A DNA stretch of 64,000 nt from a phage, in sequence record PZ452608.1. One strand, written 5' to 3'. Made by a program: the position numbers and the translations under genes. The first letter of the stretch is position 1. Every line of letters starts with the position of its first letter. The notes under the pieces were generated by a model, which searched no databases, had not been told where the DNA came from, and worked only from the letters and a program-made list of their open reading frames with translations. Positions 54,056-62,921 of this stretch are shown here, piece by piece.

Positions 54056-55837
54056 ATGACTAAATCACTTTATGCAGTACCAGCAGGTTTAAATGCAGAT
54101 GCTTACAAATCTGGTCATGTTTACCAGTATCCTAGTGCAACAGAATACTTGATGTTCAACCTGACACCACGTAGTGATAAATGGTTTAACAGCCCTTTAG
54201 CAATTGACGGTGTAGTGGCTTTTGGTATTCAACGTTTTGTTAAAGATTACTTGATAGACCACTGGAACGCCACTTTCTTTGAACGTGATAAAAAAGAAGC
54301 CATTGATGAAATCTTAGAAGTCATGAATGGTGTTCTGGGTAAAGATGCTATCGGTCGAGAGCATTGGGAAGCACTTCACGACTTAGGTTATCTACCAGTT
54401 GAAGTATACGCTGTAGAAGAAGGTACAGTTGTCCCTATGCGTGTCCCAATGATTGTCTTCCAGAACACTGTTTCAGGTTTCCATTGGGTAGCGGGATATC
54501 TGGAAGATGCTTTCTCTGCTGAGATTTGGAAGGCTTGTACCATTGCAACTATTGCATTGCATTATAAACGCATCTGTAAGAAGTGGGCTGACCTTACTTG
54601 CGACAATGACTTACATTTACCTTATCAGTGCCATGACTTTGCTATGCGTGGTATGTCCGGCTTTACTGATGACGCATTTAACGCTGTAGGCCACTTAACC
54701 AGCTTTAAAGGGACTGATAGCTTCCCTGCTGTATATACAGCTAAACGCATCTACGGACAGTCTTACCCAGTCTCTGATATTGGTGGTTCTGTACCAGCCA
54801 CTGAACACTCTGTAATGTGTGCAAACATTGCTTGGGAAGGTGGTAATGAGTTGGTTGAAGAAGAAAGACGCTTTAAAGGTGAGTTGCAAACCTTCCGTCG
54901 CTTCTTAACAGAAACTTATCCAACTGGTATTGCAAGTATTGTTTCAGATACTTATAACTTCTGGAGAACTGTGTCAGAAATCTTACCAGCACTCCGTAAA
55001 GAAATTATGGAACGTGACGGTAAACTGGTGATTCGTCCTGATTCTGGAGACCCTGTACATATTGTCACAGGTTATAAAGCAATCCACTTAGAATGTGCTA
55101 AGAAGGCTTATTACGAGCACCTAAGCAAGCTGGAAGCCAGTGACACAATGCTGAATGCTGTTCTGAACATGAAGCTTGAAAATATCAGCTATGGTATTGC
55201 TGGATGGCTACTGTCAGAAGGCTACGAAATGGTTGTTGACAGAGAAGACTTTGAAGTTGCTGACACAGTGATGTTGAAAAATGCTTATATGGTTGGTTCT
55301 GCAAACGTTGTAACACGTCCTGTAGCTGAGATTGATGGAGCTATTAAGACTCTGTATAACATCTTTGGAGGAACTATTAACTCTAAAGGTTTTAAGGTAC
55401 TGGATGAGCACATTGGACTTATCTATGGCGACTCTATCACGTTGGAACGTGCAAACGAAATCCTGAAGCGTCTGTATGAAATGGGGTTTGCAAGCTCTAA
55501 CGTGGTGTTTGGTGTAGGCTCTTACACTTACCAGTACATGACTCGTGACACCTTTGCATTTGCTGTCAAAGCAACTCTTGCAAGCATTGGTGGCAAAGAG
55601 ATTATGCTTGCAAAAGACCCTAAAACAGATAGTGGTGTTAAGAAATCTGCCTTTGGTGGTGTAGCACCTATGTGGGATGGTGAGAATTTGAAAGCTGTAG
55701 ATGGCTATGGATTCCAGAGCTTTGCAGATGCACTTGAACATCCAGCTTGTGCTTTACGTTTAGTCTTTAGCGACTCTGAGCAGTACGGTTACACAACTCT
55801 TGGTGATATTCGAAATAATATTGACAAGCAGCTTTAA
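54056..55837 (+). CDS. Nicotinamide phosphoribosyltransferase family enzyme (NAMPT/NadV-like)
   Basis: N-terminal NADAYKSGHVYQYP resembles the NAMPT DSYK...QYP region; 593 aa. Confidence 0.75.
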   Translation: MTKSLYAVPAGLNADAYKSGHVYQYPSATEYLMFNLTPRSDKWFNSPLAIDGVVAFGIQRFVKDYLIDHWNATFFERDKKEAIDEILEVMNGVLGKDAIGREHWEALHDLGYLPVEVYAVEEGTVVPMRVPMIVFQNTVSGFHWVAGYLEDAFSAEIWKACTIATIALHYKRICKKWADLTCDNDLHLPYQCHDFAMRGMSGFTDDAFNAVGHLTSFKGTDSFPAVYTAKRIYGQSYPVSDIGGSVPATEHSVMCANIAWEGGNELVEEERRFKGELQTFRRFLTETYPTGIASIVSDTYNFWRTVSEILPALRKEIMERDGKLVIRPDSGDPVHIVTGYKAIHLECAKKAYYEHLSKLEASDTMLNAVLNMKLENISYGIAGWLLSEGYEMVVDREDFEVADTVMLKNAYMVGSANVVTRPVAEIDGAIKTLYNIFGGTINSKGFKVLDEHIGLIYGDSITLERANEILKRLYEMGFASSNVVFGVGSYTYQYMTRDTFAFAVKATLASIGGKEIMLAKDPKTDSGVKKSAFGGVAPMWDGENLKAVDGYGFQSFADALEHPACALRLVFSDSEQYGYTTLGDIRNNIDKQL

Positions 55838-55849
55838 AAGTATATGATA

Positions 55850-55873
55850 AGAGGCTCCTACGGGAGCCTTTTT
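55850..55873 (+). terminator. Intrinsic terminator
   Basis: AGGCTCC-TACG-GGAGCCT followed by TTTTT. Confidence 0.7.
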
Positions 55874-55890
55874 AATTTCTGGAGAAGATT

Positions 55891-56226
55891 ATGAAAATCA
55901 AAGAGATGAACATCAACATTGTCTTAGAAGAACGTTGGGAGAATATTAAGAAACCTGAAGATGGTAAAAAGTTCCTTAACAAAATTTTAGTAGCAGCTAA
56001 AGAAGAACTGAATGGCAAGATTGCAGCAGCAGTCACAATAAAAGTTTGTGTAAAAGGTCTTCCAGACAACCACCAATTTGCGCTTGACGAGTTTAAAAAA
56101 AGCTTCTACAATCCAAACAAACAGATGCTTGAAAGTAACTTTGCAGTATCTACAAGTATCGTCCATGACAGAAGCTTTATCCTTTACAAAAATATGAGAG
56201 GTGAGTCATGCAAGCATATTGGATAG
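55891..56226 (+). CDS. Hypothetical protein
   Basis: 111 aa ORF. Confidence 0.45.
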   Translation: MKIKEMNINIVLEERWENIKKPEDGKKFLNKILVAAKEELNGKIAAAVTIKVCVKGLPDNHQFALDEFKKSFYNPNKQMLESNFAVSTSIVHDRSFILYKNMRGESCKHIG

Positions 56227-56384
56227 AAATTTTACTGTCACTTGGTAGCGTAGCAGTATTTGTTTACCTTCTTTGCAAGTACTATGCAGAGTACAAGAAG
56301 TGTGATTACTGCAATGGGGAAGGGTATACAAGAGCAGGTTGTTGCCCTATGTGTGGTGGTTCTGGTAAAATGTTTAATAAGTAA
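56208..56384 (+). CDS. Small membrane protein with CxxCxGxG zinc-finger tail (58 aa, not in ORF track)
   Basis: MQAYWIEILLSLGSVAVFVYLLCKYYAEYKKCDYCNGEGYTRAGCCPMCGGSGKMFNK; AGGTGA RBS upstream of ATG. Confidence 0.4.
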   Translation: MQAYWIEILLSLGSVAVFVYLLCKYYAEYKKCDYCNGEGYTRAGCCPMCGGSGKMFNK

Positions 56385-56412
56385 TTTAACAGTAAACTAA
56401 GAGGAAAGTATT

Positions 56413-58779
56413 ATGCGCATGGTAAATGACCACGCAGAAGTGATTAAGAGTTCAACTTCTTTAGAGACGTCTCAAGCACAGATTACAATGACACCTGAGA
56501 TGTTCAGCCTTTTGAGTTCTGGTGTATATACCTTTAAAGAAAGGGCAGTGATTCGTGAACTGTCATGTAACGCAGTAGATGCTCAGAAAGAAGCTGGAAA
56601 AGAGAACATTCCGTTCCATGTGCATTTACCTACTCGTTTTGAGCCTTACTTTGAAGTTCGTGATTTTGGAACTGGATTGACTCATGATAAAGTTATGAGT
56701 TTGTACCTAAACTACGGGGCTTCTACGAAGAATGACTCTAATGACTACATTGGTGCAATGGGTATCGGCTCAAAATCCCCATTTGCAATTGCTCAGTCAT
56801 TCACAGTATCTAGCTATGTTGATGGTGTTGTTAATAAGTACTCTGTTTATCTTGAGAATGGTATCCCTCAAGTAACTAAGCTGACCACTAACCCAACAAA
56901 AGAACCTAATGGTTTAGCTGTACGTGTGGCAGTTGCTGACCACCGTATCTCAAAGTTCTTTGAAGAAGCTGGAAATGTGTACTCATACTTCACTGTAAAA
57001 CCAGAAAGTAATATTGAGTACGACGATGTATTAGCAGATATGAACGTCATTGCCCGTGAAGAAGGTGTTTATGATGCCATGATTCATAAGCAAAGCTGGC
57101 GTTCTAGTGGTAACAGGACAGAGTTTAATGTGGTGATGGGTAATATTGCCTATCCAGTGAACATGGAAGCATTACTTGGTGATGATTTCTTCAAAGTCTT
57201 GCCAGAGTTTTTCCGTAGGAGCGTAGACCTTGTAAACATCTACATGCCTATTGGTTCAGTTGCTATAGCAGCTTCTCGTGAAGCATTGCAGATGAATGAT
57301 ACGACAAAAAATGTTATCATCGAGGCTACCAAAAAGATAACTGAAGCAATTACAAAGGATGTTATCAAGAAAGTTAATAGCCAACCTACACTCATGGATG
57401 CTGCACAGGCTTATGCAGAGCTACGTTTGAACTCACGAGAGATGTTTAATGCTGTGTGTCCAAAGCTAGAGTGGGGAGGCATTAAGCTTGATTCTCTGGA
57501 AGAAGAATTGTTAAACATTCGTCGTGGAATTATCTACGCAGAAGACGGCTCAGTCATTTATGAACGTGACGGTAAAGGCAATATTAAGGTTGATAGGAAC
57601 GGGAACAATATCCCTAAAGTAGATTATCTTTATGACCCAGTTGCTTATGTCAAGTTCAACTCTTTAGAGAGTAAGATTCGTGCAACAGCACTTTCCTACA
57701 CTCAAGAGGCAAGCATGTTCAATATCTTTGGTGCAATGCGTAAAAGCCAAATTGAACAGTTTTTGTTCGTGATTAATGACCGTCGCAATAAAAACGGTAC
57801 TGAGAAGACTGTAGGACGCAATCAAATTTTGCGTGGTGCATGTCGAGACTACGCCAGTGAGTCAAATCTGTTTCACAGATACAATGGTATTGTCTTTGTA
57901 TTCTCGACTGAAAAAGAGTTAGATGATTTAATCAATCTACACAAACTTGATAAAAGCTTGTTAAAGATTGTGAAGATGTCTGATAAGGAACACCACTATC
58001 AGCGTAAAGAAGCTGTAAGGGGTGTTGTAAAACTCTGGAAAGCTGTTCCAGCAGAAACTAAAGCTTCATACAAAGAGGTGTCAGAAGACTTAGACACAAT
58101 TGAAGAGCCTCAGCTTTATATTAAGGCAGTAGGTGACACAGTTGATGGTAGATGTTTTTGCTCATCTCCAGAGGATGTAGCTAAGTCAGTTGCTAATGTT
58201 ACAGGCAAGACAGTCTATGTTTTCCGAAAAGCAAATTGGAAAAAGATACCAGAAGACTGGATTGAAGTAGATGAGAAGCTCTTGAACGACAGCTTAACTG
58301 ATGTTCATTGGATTAACCATAACAGGTATATGACACGCATCTACATGGATGGTGTCCTCGACCTTACAAGCAGTTGGATTATTGCCAGAAACTTTACGTT
58401 CAATAACAGGAAGATTTCTCGCGGGTATTGTTATTCAAGGGATACTATTAAGACAATCTTCTTAGAAGGGAATGAAGATGCTGTTGAGGCAATGTTCGGT
58501 AAGATTCAGTATGTGGCTGCACCGTTTGCATACACTTACACTATCAGTGTTCTTCAGGATTTGAAGTCATGCCTTGATAATGACACAAAACTGTACAAAA
58601 AGATTAAAAAAGCAGGTGACCGCATGGTTATCAAGCTGACAAACTATCTTTCAAAAAGAAAACAAGAAAACTTCTTGCTTTCACACTTAGATTGGAATAA
58701 AGTATCACCTATCGAAGTGAGTAAGTTTTTAGGCTTTAATGTGAAATGTGTTCCAGAAGGTACAACAATTTACGATTAA
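56413..58779 (+). CDS. rIIA: rIIA-like protein with N-terminal GHKL ATPase domain
   Basis: GHKL motifs VIRELSCNAVDA, RDFGTGL and GAMGIGSKSPF; followed by an rIIB-like gene. Confidence 0.7.
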   Translation: MRMVNDHAEVIKSSTSLETSQAQITMTPEMFSLLSSGVYTFKERAVIRELSCNAVDAQKEAGKENIPFHVHLPTRFEPYFEVRDFGTGLTHDKVMSLYLNYGASTKNDSNDYIGAMGIGSKSPFAIAQSFTVSSYVDGVVNKYSVYLENGIPQVTKLTTNPTKEPNGLAVRVAVADHRISKFFEEAGNVYSYFTVKPESNIEYDDVLADMNVIAREEGVYDAMIHKQSWRSSGNRTEFNVVMGNIAYPVNMEALLGDDFFKVLPEFFRRSVDLVNIYMPIGSVAIAASREALQMNDTTKNVIIEATKKITEAITKDVIKKVNSQPTLMDAAQAYAELRLNSREMFNAVCPKLEWGGIKLDSLEEELLNIRRGIIYAEDGSVIYERDGKGNIKVDRNGNNIPKVDYLYDPVAYVKFNSLESKIRATALSYTQEASMFNIFGAMRKSQIEQFLFVINDRRNKNGTEKTVGRNQILRGACRDYASESNLFHRYNGIVFVFSTEKELDDLINLHKLDKSLLKIVKMSDKEHHYQRKEAVRGVVKLWKAVPAETKASYKEVSEDLDTIEEPQLYIKAVGDTVDGRCFCSSPEDVAKSVANVTGKTVYVFRKANWKKIPEDWIEVDEKLLNDSLTDVHWINHNRYMTRIYMDGVLDLTSSWIIARNFTFNNRKISRGYCYSRDTIKTIFLEGNEDAVEAMFGKIQYVAAPFAYTYTISVLQDLKSCLDNDTKLYKKIKKAGDRMVIKLTNYLSKRKQENFLLSHLDWNKVSPIEVSKFLGFNVKCVPEGTTIYD

Positions 58780-58784
58780 AGTGT

Positions 58785-58814
58785 TTGACAAGGGGCTTTG
58801 AAGCCCCTTAGAAT
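58785..58814 (+). promoter_or_regulatory. Sigma70-like promoter TTGACA-N18-TAGAAT with hairpin in spacer
   Basis: TTGACA at 58785-58790, TAGAAT at 58809-58814; spacer is the palindrome AAGGGGCTTTGAAGCCCCTT. Confidence 0.5.
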
Positions 58815-58858
58815 AGCCTCACAAATTGATTGATTAACTAACAAGAGAGAGTAATAAG

Positions 58859-59968
58859 ATGACTACTAAAACTAAAGCACAGATTGACGCAGAAATTTAC
58901 AAACTGGTTAAAGAAGGTAAGCTGACTAAAACAGCTATTGCACAGAAGTTCAATACTTCAACCCGTTCAGTTGGTCGTGCTGTAGAGCGTCATGAAGCAA
59001 CCTTAAAAGGCAAGAAGAAGGCAACTTCTACACCAGCTACGAAGACTTTGAAACAAGTTGCTAAGACTTTTAAAAAGAAAGCTGGCAAACCAGTTGAAAA
59101 GGTCGTTAAAGACACTGTACAGAAAGCTCCAGTAAATAAACTGCACGAAGCTATGCAGAAAGATGACAAGATTGAGTACATGATTACTGGTGATTCTGTA
59201 ATTATGACTTATGGTTCAGAATCTGAAATTGTTGAGTCTACTCATCCGAACTATCAAGAGATTGTAGTTCATGTTGTGAAAGGTGAGTTCAAGAAAGCAT
59301 TTGAACTGATGAACATTCGTAAGTCTATCGAAAACTTCACTCAGGGTGCTATCACAATCAAAGGCGACAAGCTATTCTACGGTGCTGTTGAGATGCGTTC
59401 TACTCTGGTTGACCGTATTCTTCACATGATGAAAACTGGCGATAAAGGTTTTGAACGACTTGTAATGTTCTTCGAAAAACTGATGGAAAACCCATCTAAA
59501 GATTCTGTAGAACAACTTTGGGGATTTGTATCTCACCTTGATGTTGAAATTGATGAAGAAGGCTACATCATTGGTTGGAAGAAAGTCTCTACTCGTGAAG
59601 GCAAGCTGGTTGACTCTCACACCTACAAAGTGCCTAATGATTTGGGTAACATTGTAGAAATGCCACGTTGGATGGTTGATAATAACCGTAACGTAACTTG
59701 CTCTCAAGGTCTTCATGTTGGTGCTTGGGATTATGTTCGTTGCTTCTCAGGTGATACAATCCTGAAGGTTCGCGTACATCCACGAGATGTTGTATCTGTT
59801 CCAACTGATTACAATGATATGAAGATGCGTTCCTCTCGTTATGAAGTTGCAGCAATCGTTGATAATCAACGTAAAGTGCTGGAAGCATGGGACGGTAAGA
59901 CTGAAGCTTTGCATGTCATCGTTGGCACTGCTGGTGAACTCATCTCTCAACGTAAACGTGAAATCTAA
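58859..59968 (+). CDS. rIIB: rIIB-like protein
   Basis: KVRVHPRDVVSVPTDYNDMKMR and LVDRILHMMKTGDKGFE resemble T4 rIIB as recalled from memory; host-optimal codon usage. Confidence 0.75.
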   Translation: MTTKTKAQIDAEIYKLVKEGKLTKTAIAQKFNTSTRSVGRAVERHEATLKGKKKATSTPATKTLKQVAKTFKKKAGKPVEKVVKDTVQKAPVNKLHEAMQKDDKIEYMITGDSVIMTYGSESEIVESTHPNYQEIVVHVVKGEFKKAFELMNIRKSIENFTQGAITIKGDKLFYGAVEMRSTLVDRILHMMKTGDKGFERLVMFFEKLMENPSKDSVEQLWGFVSHLDVEIDEEGYIIGWKKVSTREGKLVDSHTYKVPNDLGNIVEMPRWMVDNNRNVTCSQGLHVGAWDYVRCFSGDTILKVRVHPRDVVSVPTDYNDMKMRSSRYEVAAIVDNQRKVLEAWDGKTEALHVIVGTAGELISQRKREI

Positions 59969-59981
59969 TAAGTAATTTCTT

Positions 59982-60007
59982 AAAAGGCTGCTTCGGCGGC
60001 CTTTTTT
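59982..60007 (+). terminator. Intrinsic terminator
   Basis: AAAAGGCTGC-TTCG-GCGGCCTTTT followed by TTTT. Confidence 0.7.
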
Positions 60008-60009
60008 AT

Positions 60010-60037
60010 TTGTATTTTGTGCAGAGTGCTGTATAAT
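60010..60037 (+). promoter_or_regulatory. Candidate promoter with perfect -10 TATAAT and weak -35
   Basis: TATAAT at 60032-60037 preceded by TG; -35 region TTGTAT. Confidence 0.35.
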
Positions 60038-60068
60038 TGATGTCACGATAAACTAAACAGGAGAACCA

Positions 60069-60617
60069 ATGAAGAAATTGATTCTAGGTTTGTGCTTAAT
60101 GTTTACAGCACACTTATCTTATGCAGTTGACTGCCCAGAACTATCAATTAGCCAAAAAGTGAACATGTTAAAAGCTTACCAGTATGGTGAGAATAACATG
60201 GGTAAAGGTTGGGGTATCACTCTAGCAGCTATAGCCTTACAAGAGTCAGAGTTAGGTCTGAAGGTAGAAAATAAAAAGACCCATGACTATGGTATCTTCC
60301 AGAATCACTTGAAGACTGTTGTAAAGCGTAACAAAATTAGTCCTAATGTTGCTAAAAAGAAACTCTTAAAAGATTTTGACTATGCCGCAAAAGAAACACA
60401 TAAAGAGCTTGAGTTTTGGACGAAGGTGCATGGTCACCCAAAGTCAAAGAAGACTTTACAAAAAGTTTTAGCATCATATAATGCTGGGTATTCGTACAGA
60501 ATCCCTAAAGCTAAGAAATATTCTCAAGATGTCTATAACAACATGAAAGTTATTGCTCAATGTGAATTTGCAACAAACATTTCTAAGGTAAACCATGAAA
60601 AAATTAAAAAAGTCTGA
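60069..60617 (+). CDS. Secreted lytic transglycosylase-like protein (endolysin candidate)
   Basis: Signal peptide MKKLILGLCLMFTAHLSYA; SLT-like catalytic region ALQESELGLK...THDYGIFQ. Confidence 0.5.
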   Translation: MKKLILGLCLMFTAHLSYAVDCPELSISQKVNMLKAYQYGENNMGKGWGITLAAIALQESELGLKVENKKTHDYGIFQNHLKTVVKRNKISPNVAKKKLLKDFDYAAKETHKELEFWTKVHGHPKSKKTLQKVLASYNAGYSYRIPKAKKYSQDVYNNMKVIAQCEFATNISKVNHEKIKKV

Positions 60618-61290
60618 TGAAGTCCTGTGCCACGCTTATGACTTACATCCTCATGAGTTAGGTCTTGATTCCTGTGTATGGACTCCAGAACAGTGTAGGG
60701 ATTTTGAAGACACTGCAAGAGAAGTTGTATGTTCACTGGAAGAGTTCCACACATCAGAACCAATTGTGAACGTTGTGGACAAAGAGACTGGACAAACTAT
60801 AGGTGTAAGGCGCGATAGTTTAGTCATAGTCAATAAAGACCTTGTAGAAAAAGGTAACCTCATCTTAGCAGATATTGATGGTGTTCTTACAAATTTTAAT
60901 CACGAAGATTGCTCAACGGAATTGACTGATGGGTCATTCTCACAGTACACTAATCTTCTTGATTCTGTAAGAGCAAAGCCAACATATGTTTTCAACATTA
61001 TTGATGCAATTGCAAATCATGCAGCAGTTGGACTCTTGACAGCAAGAGGTGAATCTCAGAGAATACCTACTGAGATGTTTTTAAGGCACAATATAGAGCA
61101 TGATTACTTGCTTTTTATGCGTGGTTTTGGAACTAACTCTATAAGTGCAGAAAGTTTGAAAGTGAGGATGATTCAGTCTTGCATTCTTCCTTACTTTAAT
61201 ATAGTATGCTTTATAGAAGATACAGAGAATAATGTTCAGAAGGTAAACAGAATCCTTCCACACATTAAAACTATGTTAGTTAAACATTGA
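60595..61290 (+). CDS. Protein with HAD-superfamily phosphatase-like motif (candidate)
   Basis: Motif I-like LILADIDGVLTNF (DxDGV) in the C-terminal half. Confidence 0.35.
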   Translation: MKKLKKSDEVLCHAYDLHPHELGLDSCVWTPEQCRDFEDTAREVVCSLEEFHTSEPIVNVVDKETGQTIGVRRDSLVIVNKDLVEKGNLILADIDGVLTNFNHEDCSTELTDGSFSQYTNLLDSVRAKPTYVFNIIDAIANHAAVGLLTARGESQRIPTEMFLRHNIEHDYLLFMRGFGTNSISAESLKVRMIQSCILPYFNIVCFIEDTENNVQKVNRILPHIKTMLVKH

Positions 61291-61766
61291 GAGAAGAACT
61301 TATGAACAATATCATTACGGTAGCACTGGACGATACGGCAAACAAATCTGAAGTAGTTCGTAAAATGATTCAAGGTAACTTTGAAGGTAAAATTTTCCGT
61401 GCTGTTAATGTAAAAGCTGATGGTAGCATTCGCGAATATCGTGCATTGTTGAACGTTAAGAAGCACGTAAAAGGTGTTGGTTCAACGACTGCACACAAAG
61501 AAAACCTGATGACTATCTATGATATGGGTAAGGCTTCAGAGTTAGGTGCTGAGGGTATCGTTAAAGAAGGTGCTCCGTATCGCTCTTTCAATCTGGAAAC
61601 TACTCTTATGCTTTCCTTTACAAGTGGTTCCAAAACAATCACTTATCTCTTTACTGATGCTGCAACGGTATCTGCTATTAAGGATAGCACTGTCAAAGCT
61701 GGCGTAGTTGCTGCTGCAAAAGCTTCTTCGATGGCTGCGAATATCCTTGCTAAAGTCCTCGGTTAA
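61287..61766 (+). CDS. Hypothetical protein, probably abundant
   Basis: 159 aa ORF with strongly host-optimal codon usage (cgt, ggt, ctg), followed by terminator. Confidence 0.5.
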   Translation: MREELMNNIITVALDDTANKSEVVRKMIQGNFEGKIFRAVNVKADGSIREYRALLNVKKHVKGVGSTTAHKENLMTIYDMGKASELGAEGIVKEGAPYRSFNLETTLMLSFTSGSKTITYLFTDAATVSAIKDSTVKAGVVAAAKASSMAANILAKVLG

Positions 61767-61776
61767 GGTTAAGATA

Positions 61777-61800
61777 CAGGCTCCTTCGGGAGCCTTTTTC
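61777..61800 (+). terminator. Intrinsic terminator
   Basis: AGGCTCC-TTCG-GGAGCCT followed by TTTTT. Confidence 0.7.
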
Positions 61801-61818
61801 ATTTCAGGAGATTGTTAA

Positions 61819-62166
61819 ATGACATTTAAAGAGTTCTGTCAAGCTACTTTCATAGTTGTTTTCTTAGTTGGGGCAGGTGTCTGGGGAGGATACTCTTACA
61901 GAGACTACCAAGTTGCTGAAACTGAGCTAAACAATGAGAAGCTGATAAGTGTTGCTAAAGATGCTTATCAGGAAGGATTAGCTACACTGAGCACCAATTA
62001 CAAAAATGATTTGAAAGATGTGCTTGCTAAGAATAAGCACACAAAAGAGGTACTAACGTATGAAAAAACTAAGCCAGAGTTTTATAATGTTTGTGTTACT
62101 GATAATTATGTCAGGGTGTTCAACGAACAAAGTGAACAGTACATTCAAAAACTCCCAAGTAAGTGA
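61819..62166 (+). CDS. Membrane-anchored protein (i-spanin-like candidate)
   Basis: N-terminal TM FIVVFLVGAGVWGGYSY then charged helical region; 3-prime end overlapped by a lipoprotein ORF. Confidence 0.35.
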   Translation: MTFKEFCQATFIVVFLVGAGVWGGYSYRDYQVAETELNNEKLISVAKDAYQEGLATLSTNYKNDLKDVLAKNKHTKEVLTYEKTKPEFYNVCVTDNYVRVFNEQSEQYIQKLPSK

Positions 62167-62329
62167 GGGTGACAAGTACACTCAAGAAGAATCACGGTAT
62201 ATCATCAAAGGTAACACAGGCAGTGATGTAGCAGCAGCACTTGAGTTCTACCGTGACGGCTTTTACCAGTGTACAATTAAAGCTAATAACCTTATTGACA
62301 TGATTTTATTAGGGAATAAGCAGCAATGA
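62060..62329 (+). CDS. Lipoprotein embedded in/overlapping the upstream gene (o-spanin-like candidate)
   Basis: Lipobox FVLLIIMSGCS; AAAGAGG RBS; 107-nt overlap in +1 frame; lacks Pro residues, atypical for o-spanins. Confidence 0.35.
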   Translation: MKKLSQSFIMFVLLIIMSGCSTNKVNSTFKNSQVSEGDKYTQEESRYIIKGNTGSDVAAALEFYRDGFYQCTIKANNLIDMILLGNKQQ

Positions 62330-62595
62330 CAGAGAATCAAGACACTTTCTATGTAGAAGGTTACTTACTGTTGCCACGACCAAAAGAAACTTATATGCGA
62401 ATTGATTTCTTACCAACCATTATGGATAATGTGATGTGTCATATCTTTATGCAAGGTGTCACAGCACAGCTTAAGCATGTTGGTAAAGATTGCAAAATAA
62501 AGGTTGACACTCATCCAGAAATCAAAGAGAATCACTACACATGGTTCTTACCAGATTCTAAAGAAATCTTAGCAGTTCTTAAAACGAGGAAGTAA
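62326..62595 (+). CDS. Hypothetical small protein
   Basis: 89 aa ORF, ATGA overlap. Confidence 0.45.
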   Translation: MTENQDTFYVEGYLLLPRPKETYMRIDFLPTIMDNVMCHIFMQGVTAQLKHVGKDCKIKVDTHPEIKENHYTWFLPDSKEILAVLKTRK

Positions 62596-62597
62596 CT

Positions 62598-62921
62598 ATG
62601 CAGATTAATGGAAGAGACTTTGTAGCCGTTTACTACGAGAAAGATAAAGAAGTTGGCGTAGCGCAAGTATCTTATGGCAATGGTGGGTGGCTATATGGAA
62701 CAATCGCAGTAGTTGGAACGAGAAGTGATACAAAAACTTTTAAAGATTGTGTTGACCTTCTTGAAGAATCCATTCAGAATCATTGGTGTCTGATATGGAT
62801 GACTGACAACGAAGTGATAGAACGCTTCAAAAAGGTTGATATCAACATTGATAGTATTGAGCATGTTGATTTATATGAGCTAACTGAGAAGGTAAATTAT
62901 GAAAGCTCTAGAGGTAATTGA
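62598..62921 (+). CDS. Hypothetical small protein
   Basis: 107 aa ORF. Confidence 0.45.
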   Translation: MQINGRDFVAVYYEKDKEVGVAQVSYGNGGWLYGTIAVVGTRSDTKTFKDCVDLLEESIQNHWCLIWMTDNEVIERFKKVDINIDSIEHVDLYELTEKVNYESSRGN

